From assembly GCA_013115145.1 (NCBI GenBank), contig JAAPAO010000063.1, positions 32,520 to 96,519 of the forward strand: a DNA stretch of 64,000 bases, in the 5' to 3' direction. Under the pieces are notes generated by a model that made no database searches, was not told the origin of the DNA, and saw only the letters and a program-made list of their open reading frames with translations. Source of the DNA: Perkinsus chesapeaki ATCC PRA-425. Lineage: Eukaryota; Protista; Perkinsozoa. Position 1 is the first letter of the stretch. Each line of letters begins with the position of its first letter. Positions 12,997 through 28,199 of the stretch are shown piece by piece. The position numbers were made by a program, and so were the translations under genes.

Positions 12997-13884
12997 CTAT
13001 ACATATAATAGTATATACAAGAGACATGCGATAAAATACATTATCCGTCCAATAGGCCCATAATTCATTCTATCTAATATCACTATTGCTGCAGTTATTG
13101 ATGAATATGATGATGATGAGGTTGAGGAGGAAGATGGGATATCTCCATGGTTAGATGATGATGATCCAGGTGTACTTGTAGTTGTACTTGCATATGGAGT
13201 ACCTGTATAATCACATACTTGTGCATTAGTCCATCCTTCTGGTGATGTATATCCTAATCTAGCTTGAATTACACTAAGATATGTACACTGACATAATACT
13301 TTATTATTATTATGGCATACTCTACCACCACCATTATTCCATGACATACAATATTCATCAAATAAATTATCACAATAATTATCCCAACAACTTATCATAT
13401 TTTCAGGTAACATATTAATACATGTTCGATTATCATGCATTTCTACATCAAGACAATAACCCTGTGGACAATATAGATTAATAGGAGGAGTAGTAGTAGT
13501 AGAAGTAGTAGTAGTTGTAGCAGCGCCGGCAGCTGGTGATGTTGTTGTTGTTGTTGCATTACTTGTATTAGATACAATATTATCAGTTGTTATTGTTATA
13601 TCATTAATATTACTATTATTATTACTACCTTCAACAGCTTGTACATGATCATCATCATAATAATAACCATCTAATGAATAGTTATTGTTATGTAATGTTG
13701 TTGTTGTTGCTGCTGATACTGTTGATGTAGTTATCAAATATATAAATATAGATAACATTATAAAAGGCATCAGTCTTATATTATCCCCAAAAGCAAAAGA
13801 ATGATACTCTCTTCCTGATTCTTCATTCTTAGTCCTTCTTAGTCGTGTTATCATTTGTAGTAATATATCTATATTATTAATCAA
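12997..13884 (-). CDS. Secreted, probably GPI-anchored Cys-rich surface protein (paralogue of 59835-60425), intronless
   Basis: Hydrophobic signal-like MPFIMLSIFIYLITTSTVSA (ATG 13770), Thr-rich stalk, 10-Cys domain, Ser-rich linker and hydrophobic C-terminal tail. Confidence 0.75.
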   Translation of the reverse strand: MINNIDILLQMITRLRRTKNEESGREYHSFAFGDNIRLMPFIMLSIFIYLITTSTVSAATTTTLHNNNYSLDGYYYDDDHVQAVEGSNNNSNINDITITTDNIVSNTSNATTTTTSPAAGAATTTTTSTTTTPPINLYCPQGYCLDVEMHDNRTCINMLPENMISCWDNYCDNLFDEYCMSWNNGGGRVCHNNNKVLCQCTYLSVIQARLGYTSPEGWTNAQVCDYTGTPYASTTTSTPGSSSSNHGDIPSSSSTSSSSYSSITAAIVILDRMNYGPIGRIMYFIACLLYILLYV

Positions 13885-14122
13885 GTAACCAAGACCCCAA
13901 CAACCCCCTTATAATACTAATACTACTACTAACTTAACACAATAGAACGCATCATTATTATAATACTAATGGTCTTAACGAAGGTGTTTATATTAATATG
14001 TATTATCAGATGAAGAGGCAATACTATTATTAATAATAGTAATAACTAGACAATGCTCTTCTTCTTCTTCTTCTTCTTTTTTTTTATTATTAATAGGCTT
14101 ATGATAATGCTTCTTCTTATTA

Positions 14123-15595
14123 TTAAAGTGTCCTCCTTAATATATCCTTTTGTTGTGGAGACAGTGTTTTAGGGAAAGATATATCAAAAGTAACAACTAA
14201 GTCACCACGTTGACCTGGATGCTTAGAGACAGGCATACCAGCTCCTCGTATAACTCTGGTGAATCCAGGAGTTACTACTTGATCAATACGAACCCTAACA
14301 ATGATTATTATTATTATTATACTTATTTATATTAATATATATCTTCTACTTCTATATCTGTTATATTACCTAATAGCTTTATCACCTTCTATTGATGGTA
14401 CATTAAGTTCGAAGCCGCATAACGCCTCCTTTAAGGTTATAGTGGCGTTAAATAACAAATTAGATCTGAAATAATAATAATAATATTCTTGTTACTTGTT
14501 TATATGTACTACCCATCTCGGGTGAATAATGGATGCTTCTTTTCACGAATGATAAATACAATATCTTGACATCTACCAGAGTTACCAATTTCATCGCCTT
14601 CACCGGCAAATGTTATACGAGTACCTTAACGGTAATATATAATTATTATTAATATTGTTATTATTATAATCCTCCTCCTTCTCCTCTTACCAGGCTTCCA
14701 TCCAGGCTTTATTGGGACCTCTAGTGTTTTCTCAGCAGGTCTCTGTATAGTCCTACTTACACGACGAACCTTCATCTTCTTAACTGTACCATGGAATAGG
14801 TCTTCAAGGGAACAGTTAAGATCGAATTCAACAGCACCTATTATTATTATCGATAATATAATCGATTATATAATTATCATTTATTACGTTGTTTCCCCAT
14901 TGTACTAGAAGCATCGTGGCCACCATGACCAAAACCAGCAGCACTAGCAGCCGACCTACGGCCACCACCACCACCGAGACCTATAAAGAGATAAAGATAT
15001 TATATTAATTGATATTATTAATATATCATTATTACCAGCAAAGAGTTGTGCGAAGCTATCATCACCAAATGGTGTCTCACCAAAACTATTTGTCCGATGT
15101 ACTGTATCCTTGAAGAATTGGGCAAACATATCATTAGGATCTCGTGAGAAGGTATAATGGAAACCATGTGGTGCACCTTGGAAGCTAAAGACAATAAGAC
15201 AATGAAGAAGATGAATAATAATATTGGTAGTAATGATAATAATACTACTTACTTTCCAGTAGTATAATAACCTTGAGCATCAGGACCAGATGGGCCAGGT
15301 CCACCAGGTGCTCCACCTTTAAGACCTTCTTCACCATATTGATCATATACTGCCTTCTTTTGTGGATCACTCAATACATCATAAGCTTCAGCAACCTCTT
15401 TAAACTTCTCAGCAGCAGCATCTCTATTATTAGGATTCTTATCAGGATGCCATTTTAAAGCCATTCTTCGATATCTAAATAATAAATAAATTACGAGACG
15501 TACAAGTTAACTTCTTTTTCTCCTTACGCTTTCTTAATTTCATCTTGTCCAGCATCCTTATTAACTCCTAATATACCATAATAATCTTTTCCCAT
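14123..15595 (-). CDS. Class II (DnaJB/Sis1-like) Hsp40 co-chaperone, multi-exon
   Basis: [11 protein letters not shown]...[11 protein letters not shown]-domain, G/F-rich region, [27 protein letters not shown] and [13 protein letters not shown]-terminal domain. Confidence 0.93.
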
Positions 15596-16099
15596 ATAGG
15601 TGTTTTATTAATAATAATAAATAATAATAATTTAAACAATAACTAATAATAATAACAACAACAACCAATACTAATAACAATAATCCTCAATCTTAACGAA
15701 TGAAACATCAGTCAATGGTGATGATGATGATAAACAATAGTATTATCGATGTCCTCCTCCTCCTCCACCACCTCTACGTCTACTACTATTATTGTTATCC
15801 TGAAACACGAAATGAAGGTAAACCCTTTTGGACCCCTTAAACCCATTTAAGCTACTACTATATTCAATTATACTTATACACTATAAATATATTCATTAAT
15901 AATAATATACACCATATTCTTATACTACATAAACGTACTACTTAACCATATTAAATAACCGATAATTACTATTCATTAGCCTTATTGTTGTATCAACAAC
16001 ATTATAAGCTACATTCAACAACAACACAGCGGCAGCAGCAGCCCTTTCACGTGACTATTAGCGTGTGCGCACGCGTGCAGAATTATTGTGTGCTTGTCC

Positions 16100-17117
16100 C
16101 TATTTAATATTTCGGACCTTCTTGTTATTGTTGTTCTTTGGCATTGTTGTTGTTGTCTCTGTTGTTGTTGTTGCACTACCAGTCATTGCTCTCATTAATC
16201 CTCCAGTAATACCATCATCATTGGCAGCAACTAACAGTGTATTATTAATTGTTGCTATTACTATTATTATTGTTAAGTTGTATGTTACCTTCTTTCATTT
16301 CATTCATAGTTTCTTCATCCATCATACTTTGTTGTAATCTTGGTAAACATAACATAAGCCCACACATAACAAGTGCCATGATAGCCATTGGTGATTTTAA
16401 TACATGAACCAGGTTAAAACTCTAACAACAACATCATCATCATCATAAACGTAGTAGTAATTATTATTATAGTTATCACCTACCTCTCTTTGAGTAAAGT
16501 ATTGTATCTCATTTATTGCTGATATAACCAATGGTAATCCTGATGTAACCATTTTACCATGTGAATGTAAAGGGTCAAAGTGATGAACAATCACTTTATT
16601 ATCCGGTAATACATCAATAGTAAACTAATATAAAATAATACCGCAATCAGGCATCGAACTTGTGCCCTCTGTTGCTGATGCTCGAGCTGTTTACCTCTTC
16701 AAAATCTATATCTTTATTAACTACTTGTAATACATATGTCCCCAAGTCAACATCAGCACTGTCCATAATAAAATCTTTCCGCACTAGCAAGAATATTCTA
16801 CTCACATTCTAAAGATTCCTCTTTGGTCAACATTTGCACCATACTCTCGTCCATCTTCAAGTATAACCCTTGAATTAGCAAATATACTTGACAAACCTCC
16901 ACTGCTACTACTGCTACCACCATCATCATGCTCAACATATATCTTATGCTCTACTTTACCTAGAATATTATTATTAAACATACTATTATCATCAGCATTA
17001 ATAATAATGAGCACTACCGTTATTACTTGGTATTTGTAATACACCAGTAATATCAACAGCTTCAATAGGAAGGATACTACTCAATATTGAAGCTAGTACC
17101 ATAAAGTAGTTAACCAT
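16100..17117 (-). CDS. EMC7: ER membrane protein complex subunit 7-like
   Basis: Signal-like N-terminus; RVILEDGREYG...GTYVLQV; YFTQRE then FNLVHVLKSPMAIMALVMCGLMLCLPRLQQSMMDEETMNEM, matching the EMC7 YF..RE / PM..M / TM / acidic tail pattern. Confidence 0.65.
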
Positions 17118-17179
17118 AGTGAGAAGAAGAACAACAACAACAACAACAAGCACTAGTAATAGTTATACTATTTATAAAA

Positions 17180-19612
17180 ATATTGTATTACTAAACACAA
17201 TATTAATAATATATTCTGATAACATGCTACTACCACGAGTTAGCAAATGTACATCATCATGTGATGTAAAAGTGTATATAACAACAGTAATGTCCAAATC
17301 GATCAAATGATCGATTATGTTTACAAATATTACGAGTATTTATGTACTTTTACCTGCTGCTGCTGCTCATGCTCTTTATTATCTACACATTATACTCTGT
17401 ATTAAATGATATCTAATAATTAAATATAATAATAATAACAACAAGATATACTACCCAATAGCTGATGGTATTATTATATGAAGTAAAATAGTATTTTTAA
17501 TACTTGACCAACTTTGACCAAATAAAGCATTACCCATTTGCCATAGTGCATCTTGTCGACATTCTCCAATCTAATTATATAAGACATTGCAAGTAGTAGT
17601 AGTAGTAGTAATAATGATATATTACAATAAAGAGATGTATCAACGATCCTATAATAGAAATGATAAGACATACTATTGTATTATGTATTATGATAGACTC
17701 CTGATTAGATTGATTAGATTCTCGTAAAGTAAGATCAGATATTATAAGGTAAATACCTAATAGGCTCCTCATTATATAGTATAATAATATGTATTATTTA
17801 TAGTATTATACCTGATATTGATATTGATACTGCATACATTAATATATTATCAAATATAAGCATAGGTAATGAAGCTCTAGATGATAATATCTAATATATA
17901 AATATATAGTATAATAATTATATTATTAATACCGTATCATTATTATCATGTAATGACCAATTATCAATATCATCATCAATAAAATACCCATCCCCAGCAG
18001 CTACTCTATCAACAATTGTTATTATATCTATACAAGTACCTGATAATAATAGATATAGACTATGTATAAGAATGAAGATAAGTAAACTATTAATACTACT
18101 ACTACTACTACCTTTAAAACCTGTAGTGTATGATGATAAAAAGAATAATTCCCTCAATAATAATATCTGTATGGCTATTTCACATGTTATGTTTGTATTA
18201 ATATCCAATATTAATAATCCTATTATATTACTCGGTATCATTATTGAATACTAATACAAGAATTACTATATTATACTACTAATAATAATATAGTATAGTT
18301 ATTACTACCATAATGAATATAATAAAATATCTAACCAGTAAAGGATGTAAAGATACCGCTTTACACACTCTATATGTTAGATGTATAAATAATGATTGTA
18401 TCTAATAATAATATTAACAACAAGATTATATAATAGTATGATCGATATTGTTGTTGTTTGTATTATTACAAGTAATGGTAAAGACATTCTTATTATTAAA
18501 CCATATCCCATAGTAATATTACCATTAATTATACTACTTATTATATATTTATTAAATATTATTATAAATGATGTACTCAAAATAATAATACTTAATAAAC
18601 ATTTCCTAAGATGTTTTATTATCTTGCATAAACATAAGGCCATCATTATTAATATCTATTAACATCAATAATATTTAATAATATATATTATTACCATTCC
18701 TATAATGTATTCTATAATATTATCTATCCATCCTATATTCCATATCACTTTATTATAATTATCAATACCAACAAGTATCATAATAATACTATTTAATATC
18801 ATCATTTGTCTTTTAACATATCTATTGTAATTGTTGAGTACTATTCTCCTTATGGTTATGGTATTAGAAGGATCATTAAAAATAATATTATTTATTGGAT
18901 ATATTATTAAAGCTATAATACTACCAGCCCATAAAGCATACCTATTAATACATTATAAAATATATTAATACTTAATATTACTACTACCCAATATAATCCG
19001 CTATACAAAGTCTAATAACATTACCAAATGACGATGATGATAATGCGATATTTATATTATCTTTTATTATATTTAATTTTAATATTTTAAGTATACCTAT
19101 TAATATTATTAATATTATATTATTACCATTTATTACTTATTAATATTATTGTTATAATAATACTTAATATAACTATTAATGAAGAGTCTAATATAATACG
19201 TATACGTAATAATCTAACACTTCTTCGTATTCTTCTTCTTCCTACTTCTTCTTTTTTCTGTTCTTGTCTAATAAACACACTCCCCTTTTATATATCCACT
19301 CCTATTATATTACATGTTCTCTATTTCTCCCTTTATGAATACTTCACCATTACTATAAACATTGTTATCTTCTTCTTTGTCTGTCGTATATTGTAATATA
19401 ATATTGTTTATTATTAAATGATTATTATTGTAGATTGGTGCTGTTCTTGGTACTGGTGATAATATAATGTATTCTTCAATATTATCCCTTCTTTCAACTT
19501 CAGAAGGTGACAATGTTGACGCGACTGTTGACAATGACGATGATACAGATGATGGAGTAGGGCTGTGAATGGATGTGGCGGAGTAAGCCTCCAAAAAATA
19601 ACTTAATAACAA
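17180..19612 (-). CDS. Uncharacterised multi-pass membrane protein, multi-exon
   Basis: A series of hydrophobic open segments (ORFs 17474-17772, 17918-18241, 18377-18646, 19310-19612) separated by GT..AG introns; no family recognised. Confidence 0.4.
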
Positions 19613-19783
19613 TTAACCTATTATCTATCTTGCATGCATCAAGATTAGATACCGGTCAACAACACAACTCCACGATACTTCAATAACTAATAAATGGTAA
19701 CAAAGCCTTCTATTAGCAATGATGAATCCTTAAATATCTTAGGTTAAATTATGCAAGATATAAAATGAGTCAAGTCAAGCACC

Positions 19784-21245
19784 TTACATTATAGTACAAC
19801 CACAACACTTGGTTATCCTTTTACGTCTATTAACAGTATGCATACTTCCCATCCTTCTCAATGGCCCTGATGATATATTATCATCATCTAAGCTGCTGTC
19901 TTCATCTATTATATCATCATTTATAGACCCTATTGTTGATGGAATGTGTCCGCTATCACTTTCTTTACAATCTCCTTCCAATACTTCCCCTTTTAACAGT
20001 ACATCCCCTTCCCCTTTTAACAGTACATCCCCTTCCCCTTTTAACAGTACATCCCCTTCCCCTTTTAACAGTACATCCCCNNNNNNNNNNNNNNNNNNNN
20101 NNNNNNNNNNNNNNNNNNNNNNNNNNNNNNNNNNNNNNNNNNNNNNNNNNNNNNNNNNNNNNNNNNNNNNNNNNNNNCAGTTCTCCTTTTAACAGTACAT
20201 CCCCTTCCCCTTTTAACAGTACATCCCCTTCTCCTTTTAATACTACTTCTGCCCTTTGTTCATATTGTGTATGTATTCTAGATGTATCTGCTTGTGACCA
20301 ATCATCAACTTGTATTAATTTTTCTAATATTTTTGTAATATCATTAAACTTGGGTCGTTTATTGATATCCTTATCAATACACAACATCCCAACATTTACT
20401 AGTTCCCCTACTATATAATTAGGCCATCCTGCTTTATTATCAATCAATGACCATATATCAATGCATGTTGTTTTACCCATTATAAAATTATATTTTATAT
20501 TATTGTTATTATCATAATAAGCTGGTGATAATGATGTTAAAGTTTCTAATATAACCATACCAAATGAGTATACTTCTGATAATTGATTATATATATTATT
20601 ATTAATATAATATGGGCATATATAACCAGGTGTACCACTTATATTATTACTTATAATATTATTTGGTATGAAAGCATTGCCCAATAATGATAAACCAAAA
20701 TCAGCTAATTTACCTTCATTATTATATTGTAATAATATATTTTGGCTTTTAATATCCCTATGATAGGCCTCTGGTATCCTATTATGTAAATAACCTAATG
20801 CTTTTGATATTGATAATAATACTTTAATACGATCACGATAATTAAATAATGTATGTTTATTAATATGTAATTTATCATATAATGTACCATTGCCTATATA
20901 TTCATATATTAATATTCTTATATTATTATATCTAGCAAAACCAATTAATATAACTAGATTAGGATGCCTATATTTAGATAATATATTAATTTCTTGTATA
21001 AATCCATATTGTGGATTATTTAATAATTTAACAGCTATATTAGTACCATCCGGCAATATACCTTTATAAACAGTACCATAACTTCCTATACCAATTATAT
21101 TATTAAAACCATTAGTTGCCTTATATATTATATTATACGGGAATTCAAGTGATACATCATTAATTAATGTAGCATCGTGACGATCATCAATCAGGGAGAA
21201 AGGATTATTATTCATGCTACTAATCAAGTAATCACCAATGCCCAT
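19784..21245 (-). CDS. IRAK/Pelle (RLK-like, TKL group) Ser/Thr kinase, intronless, spanning an assembly gap
   Basis: GIGSYGTVYKG, AVKLL, RHPNLVILIG, HRDIKSQNILL, LADFGLS, GTPGY, SEVYSFGMVILE. The C-terminal 8-aa repeat frame continues after the N gap to KCCGCTIM-stop at 19784. Confidence 0.9.
19985..20238 (-). repeat. 24-bp coding minisatellite (GDVLLKGE units) containing a 97-N gap (20081-20177)
   Basis: Unit ccccttttaacagtacatcccctt repeated on both sides of the gap. Confidence 0.9.
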
Positions 21246-21361
21246 AATTTGTCTAAAATGGATTTGATTTCGAAGGTTAAGCGCGCGCCCCAGGCCTGCT
21301 ATCCTCTTCTAATCATTGTTTGGGGGCACATTATCTTATTGCTAGTTGTTGTTGTTGTTTA

Positions 21362-24300
21362 ATGTCATCTTGTAGTAGCAGTGGTGTTAGCAGTGGTGAT
21401 ATACCATCTGATGTTAAAAAGGATACATCAGAGAATGCATCCTCTTCTGATAGTGCATCTCTTGGGTCATTATTAAGATTATTTAAATCCGAGGTAATAA
21501 TGGGTATTATTATTAATATTTAAAGATATAATAGGTATTTGATGCTTATTATCATATGCACTATTTACATACAATGACATCACAAGGTGTTAATGATTAT
21601 CTAGTTAATGAATTGTAATAATAATATTATATATATCTATTATAATTATTATTAGATACAAAGTTAATGACAAATATATTGATTTTTATTTACCGCAACT
21701 AGTATATTCATCATTGAAGAGGATCAATACAGTAATATTATATAATAATATATTAATATCGACTTGCAGTCATCACTGCATACATTCCTACTTGATAAAG
21801 CAGCCCAAAGGATGGGATTTGCTCTTAAACTTCATTGGCTGTAATAATAATAGATATATCGTAATTATATATGTATTTACTAATAGTTATCAAGCAGTAG
21901 TTGAAGATGGTCCTAAAGTTACTGGCACGGAAATGCATGAAGCTGCATTAAGATTATGTCAAGAAAGTGAAATGGCAATAGTTAATTGTGGTTTAGCTCA
22001 AAGTGTTGGTAATAACTTATATGGTGTGTATATAATAAATATATATATTATATAGCAACGGCTAGAAAGAAACAATCAAATGCTGCATTAACAAGAGGTG
22101 ATACTAGATTACAAAAACATCAATTAAAACATAAAGATAGTATTAATAAAAGGACATCAACATCACAGGTAATTTTTAGGTATATTAGGATTTAATAAGG
22201 TAATATTAGGTCATGGCAAGGGCCGGTGGATTAGCTGGAAATTGTGGTTATAATAAAGATGATAATAAAGATAGAAATAAAGGAGATGATGATAGCGCTG
22301 AATCTATGGATGATAGTGCATCAATAAATATGTAATAATATATATATAATAGGAATATATTATATATATTAGTGGTGATAATAATATAACAAGGAGTAAC
22401 TCTAATCCAGAACTAGTTAATAGAATAAATAACACACAAGATGGTAATAATAACAATTATTAATATTGGATGATATAAATAGATGATAATGCTGATGTTA
22501 TAGATGATAAAAAAACTGTTAAGGATGATAAAGATGTAATATAAGGATGGGAATTTAATAATATAGTATTATAGGTTGTATCATTACAAGAATCATTAGA
22601 AGATTTAAGAAAGGCTTCCAGAAGTGCTAGAGCACAAGCAAGTCCATATCTTAATAGGATAAGTAATAATATATGTTATAATAATATTAATAACTTGTAT
22701 TATATGATGATAAGGTACAATGTCAATATATGGTGAATTGGGTGATCCAGAAACATCTATTGATCGTTATATAGCTGTAGCTGGTATTGATCTACCTAAA
22801 GCAACATCATCATCAACAGCAGCAGCAGCAATGCTTGAGAATAGTATCATGGATGATAAAGGAAATGAAAGTGATGAAGATATTAAACATTTAGATAATG
22901 AAATGGAAAAGTTCTTATTAAAACAATTAAGGTACTATTAACCTCAATAATAATAGGTAATCGAATGTTGTTGTTATTATTATTAATATTGATAGGTGTG
23001 ATTATTTTAATAATCAAAATACCTTTGTTGCAGCATTATGTAGATTATCCTGTTTATTAGTAAATCATTCAGAAAGAAAAGAATGCCTATCAGCAGCTAT
23101 GTCACAATTAAATGAATGGTTATTTGAAAGTAATAATAATAATAATATACTAACTCATATCATCATCAATATTCATTCCATTATTTATTATATAGGGAGA
23201 GCAGCAGTAGCAATGACTACTGGATCATTTCAATTAACTGGTTTATCATTACCACAAGGTATGCCTGCTTGTAATAATAGAAAGGATAGTGTACAAACTC
23301 ATATTATATCTGTAATAATAATAACAAGCATTATTAATAAAGAGGTAGTAATAGGTTCATATCGATGATTGTAAAGTGTTTAAAACACGTACAAGGGCAC
23401 CATATATGTTAACATTAGAAGTTGCTGATCTAGATGAAATATTTGATAAAGCATCACCAAAGCCCAGAACATCACGAGAACGGTGTAATGAGGTTAGCAA
23501 GTAATAATAAAAGTATCTTAGCTTAAAGCTTGCATTATTGAATAGATATGTACTTGGTGAAATGGATACTAAAGTTGTTGTTGATGATGGGCATGGTGGT
23601 GTAGATACATTATTTAAAGAATCATTATATCCATATAGAGATGAATTACGTTATGCTGTGGCTCATACACCAACAATTGAATGGTGTAATCATTTCTATG
23701 GTAACATTATTAAAGATTGTATGAGAACATTTCAAGTTGGTACTATAGTAGATCCGTATGATAATAATAATACGGATACTACTTCAGGTAGTAATAATAA
23801 TAACTAATAATGTATATTAACTATAATAGGTATGGCTACCGCCGCTGCCGACTCTACGGTATCAATAACAGCATTAGAAGCATCAGCTTTAGCAAGTAGT
23901 GATGATACGGAAGGTAATTAATGCTGGCAGCAGCAGCAACAGCATGGGTTCGATTCTTGGTAGAAGCATTTTATTTAGTAAATAATAATGAGCAAGAAGA
24001 AGAAGCACAACAACAAGAACAGCAGCAGGTAACACCTCATCAAAAACGGAAGCAGAAGAGGCAAGAAGAAGCTGAGAAGGTTATAATAAATAATATTATT
24101 AACTATAATAGTTAATATTAGTAGTAGGTTAGGAGATCAATATGGGGTGAACCATTCAAAGATAAGAAAGCACGTATAAGAAAGAATAGTGTATATGGTA
24201 ATCTAGAATCATGGAATGTTGTACAAGTATTAATAATAATATATTATGTTATAAGGATTATTATTATTAGGTTATGGTTAAAGGAGGTGATGATGTTAGA

Positions 24301-25151
24301 CAAGAGGTATTAGCTGGTCAATTGGTTAGGTAATAATAATGACTATTATTAATATTGTTGATAAGTTATTGTTATTATTAGAGTATTACAATCAATATTT
24401 GATGAAGCTAGATTACCATTATGGTTAAAACCATATGAAACAGTTGTAATTGATGCTAATTCTGGGTTAATGGAAATGGTAATAATACTTACGTTATATT
24501 TAATATTATATAACCTATTATTAGTTAACTGATACAATATCAATTGATGCATTAAAGAAGGAGTTTCCTGATAAATCATTAGATGATATATTTAAAATGG
24601 CATTTAGTGAATCAAGAGATACACTTGATAGAGCAAGGAATAACTTTATTGAAAGTTTAGCAGCATATTCATTATTTTCATATTTTCTAGCAGTACGTGA
24701 TAGACATAATGGTAATCTATTATTAGATAGAGAAGGTCATCTTATACATATTGATTTTGGTTATATGTTATCAAATGCACCTGGTAACTTTGTATTTGAA
24801 ACAGCACCATTCAAGCTCACTCAAGAATATATTGATGTCATTGGTGGTGAAGATAGTGATAAATTTGAATATTTCCGAACATTGGTGATACGTGGATTCC
24901 TTGAAGCCCGTAAACACCGTGATAGGTTAATATTATTAGTTAGAATGTTAGCTGAATCTGGATGTAAAATGGATTGTTTAACAGCTGGTGGTACACAGAA
25001 TACAATTAAACAAATGGATGATAGGTTCTTTGGACATTTAACAGAGGAAGCATGTATAGAAAAGATAGTTATATTGATAGATAATAGTGTTAATAATTGG
25101 AGGACAATACAATATGATAATTTTCAAAGGATAACCAATGGTATACTCTAG
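21362..25151 (+). CDS. PI4KB: Phosphatidylinositol 4-kinase type III beta (Pik1-like), multi-exon
   Basis: N-terminal helical LLRLFKSE...DFYLPQL...FALKLHWL; catalytic VMVKGGDDVRQEVLA, LWLKPYE, LAVRDRHNGNLL, HIDFGYML, FETAPFKLT, YDNFQRITNGIL-stop. Confidence 0.93.
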
Positions 25152-25309
25152 TGAAGATGATCCAATAACAAGTGTATCAACAACAGCAACAACTGTAACA
25201 ATAATAATAATAAGTATTTTATTCAGTCATTATTATTCTTACTATCGTTGTTATGGTTGTTGTTATAAATTCATATTATCATTGTTCAGTATTATTATTA
25301 ATAAACAAC

Positions 25310-28132
25310 ATGTCCCTTGACGATACTTTACCCCAACCCGAACAACAAAAAAAAGAAGAAGTAGGAGGAGGAGTATCCATGTCGTTGGATATCTCAGATG
25401 ACAAAGCAGCAGCAGAAGACACACAAGAAGAGCAGCAAGAGCTGCTAATTGTTGAACAAACACCAGTTGTATTACTAATTGATTTTGATAAAGATATTGA
25501 TGTTACTAAACAAGTTGAACCATTATTAGATGGTATTGGTTTGAGAACAGTATATGTTACAGAAAGTAGTAATTAATAATAATAATAATTTAATAATATA
25601 TTCATATAGAACCATATAATAATAAAATAACAGTTGGTATAGCAGTTGAAGATTATAAACCATTATTAAATATGGCTGAAGATAGGTAATATAACACCAC
25701 CACCTGCTACTACTACTACCGTATCATATTATTATTAATAATAATTAGGAAAGTTGTTAAGCCGTTTATTGGTGATGATGATAATGGTAATCATTTATCA
25801 CCCGAAGATATCTATTTTCGTAATGAATTGCCATTAAGTAGATATATTGGTAGTGATAATATGGCAACATTTTTAACAAAAACTGGTAGTAATAGTAATA
25901 ATAATGAGGATATATTATAATAATAAATTATAGAACAATTACAACTTATGTATTCATTAATGGAAGAAGTATTTAATAAAAAGGATAGGCCAGAAATGAA
26001 AGGTGTTTGGACATTAAAACAAGATGATAATAATAATAAAGATAAGCAGCAGCAGCAACAGCCTAAATGGTGGGGTGTAAGTTGTTGTTAATAAGATGTT
26101 TAATAAGATTTATATTAATTATTGTATTTGATATTTAGGTATTTGATACCCCTTATGATAATTATATTGTACCCAATTATGGCACAGATGTTGCACAATA
26201 TTATAAATTGTTACAACAATATAGTAAATGGTTAATACCATTAGCAATAATATCAATATTCTTACAATTGTAATAATAATAATAATAATAACGTATATTA
26301 AACAAAATAGTAATATTGATAATATTAATAGATGTGATTATCTGATTACTGGTGAAGGATATGTAATAGCATGTATAGCTTGTGTAATAAGAATTATTGT
26401 ACAAGTTAATAATTATTAACATTATTATTGTAGGTTATAATATCTGTATGGGCAACATTCTTTGTTGAATCCTGGAAACGTTTATTAGCAACATGTCGTT
26501 TCAATTGGCATGCATTGCAATGTGAAGATGAATCGACATTAATTGATAATAATAATACAGAAGTAGAAGAAGAAACAGCACCTTCAAATGATATAGTAAT
26601 ATTACAATTACTTCATTATTATTAATCTTGTTGTTATTATTATTAGTATATAAGAGCTGCAATATCAATGCTTGGTTTTGGTATTATGTTTGCTATTACT
26701 ATTTCTATTATTATTGCTTTATTATTATTACAAGTAATAATATTATATACAATTATTCTATTACTTTAACATGTTATTATTAGGATTTATCAGAAGAAGT
26801 ATCAGATTCAATAATTATACAATCCTTACCAACTATTGCATGGGTTATTGTATTAAGTGGTGGATGGCAAAAAGCATATTATAAATTAGCTGATTATCTT
26901 ACAAATAAAGAAAAACATAAGTAGTACAGTAGTAATAATTAATCAGTATTATTATTATCCATATTCTTAAAAGGTTCCGTGTAGCAAGATTTGAATCGTT
27001 ATCATTGAAATTAGTTTTATTCCAATTATGTAACTATCTTGGTTGGTTCTATTATGTTGCATTTTACCGTCGTGATATTAATTATTTAAAAAACCAGTTA
27101 TTAATATTTATGACAGTTAAACAGGTAATACTATCATCATCATTTAATAATAATAATAATAATAATTTATTATTATTATTGACAAGAAGCAGTGTTCATA
27201 ATAATACGTAGGTATTTGGTAACTTTCAAGAATTAGGATTACCAATGATAATGCATTATCTCTCATCTGCTCATCATTATCATAATGATAATAATGATAA
27301 CATCATAGTTGATATTGCAATGTTACATTCGGATGATGTTTACATGGAAACGCATCATAAAGATGATAAAGGAAGAAGAGATCATCCAACATTAGAAGAT
27401 GATATTAATAAACAAAGAACAGAAGAAGAATATAATTTATTTGATGATTGGTAGTTATTATTAATTGATTGTATTATTATTATTAGGTTTGAAATGATTG
27501 TAGATTTTGCAATTTGTGTATGTTTTGGCGCTGTTTATCCAATAGTCATACCATTATCATTGATACATACATTAACGGAAGCATATAATGATTCATATAA
27601 ATTACAAAAAGTTATGAGAGGAATTGTTAATACAGACGAAATGCAAATGCAGACAACTCGTGATAATAATAATAATTAGTACTATATTATACTTATTATT
27701 AATAGGTACATGGATAGATACATTAGAAATAATATCAATACTCGGTGTTATAACTAATGTTTGCCTTCTTTATGTAATAATACAATATTATTACATATAA
27801 TAATAGCTACTATGTTAGATACAATTCACTAATGATAATGCAAATATAGTTGATAATAATAATAATAATACTACTTGTAGTACCTCACTTTGGATATGTG
27901 TTATTATTGAACATGCTCTAATTGCATTAAAACTATATTTATCATGGAGCATACCAGATGTATTAATATTATTAATTATTATATTATTAATTATTATTAG
28001 ATACCAGAGGATATAGCAATTAAAGAGAGTAAAAGGAATAAAACACCTATTGTTAAGGATCCAACTATACAAGAAATGAGTATACCAAATGAAGTACCAG
28101 CAATTCTTATAACAGGAAATAAATTACATTAA
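25310..28132 (+). CDS. Anoctamin/TMEM16-like Ca2+-activated channel or scramblase, multi-exon
   Basis: Spliced segments WATFFVESWKR, QLCNYLGWFYYVAFY, FEMIVDFAICVCFGAVYP...EAYNDSYKL and GTWIDTLEIISILGVITN follow the anoctamin pattern. Confidence 0.82.
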
Positions 28133-28199
28133 TGTTTAGCGTTTCTTATTATTGTTAATTGTATTTCGTTATCAAACCCAATAATAAATATTGATAAAT

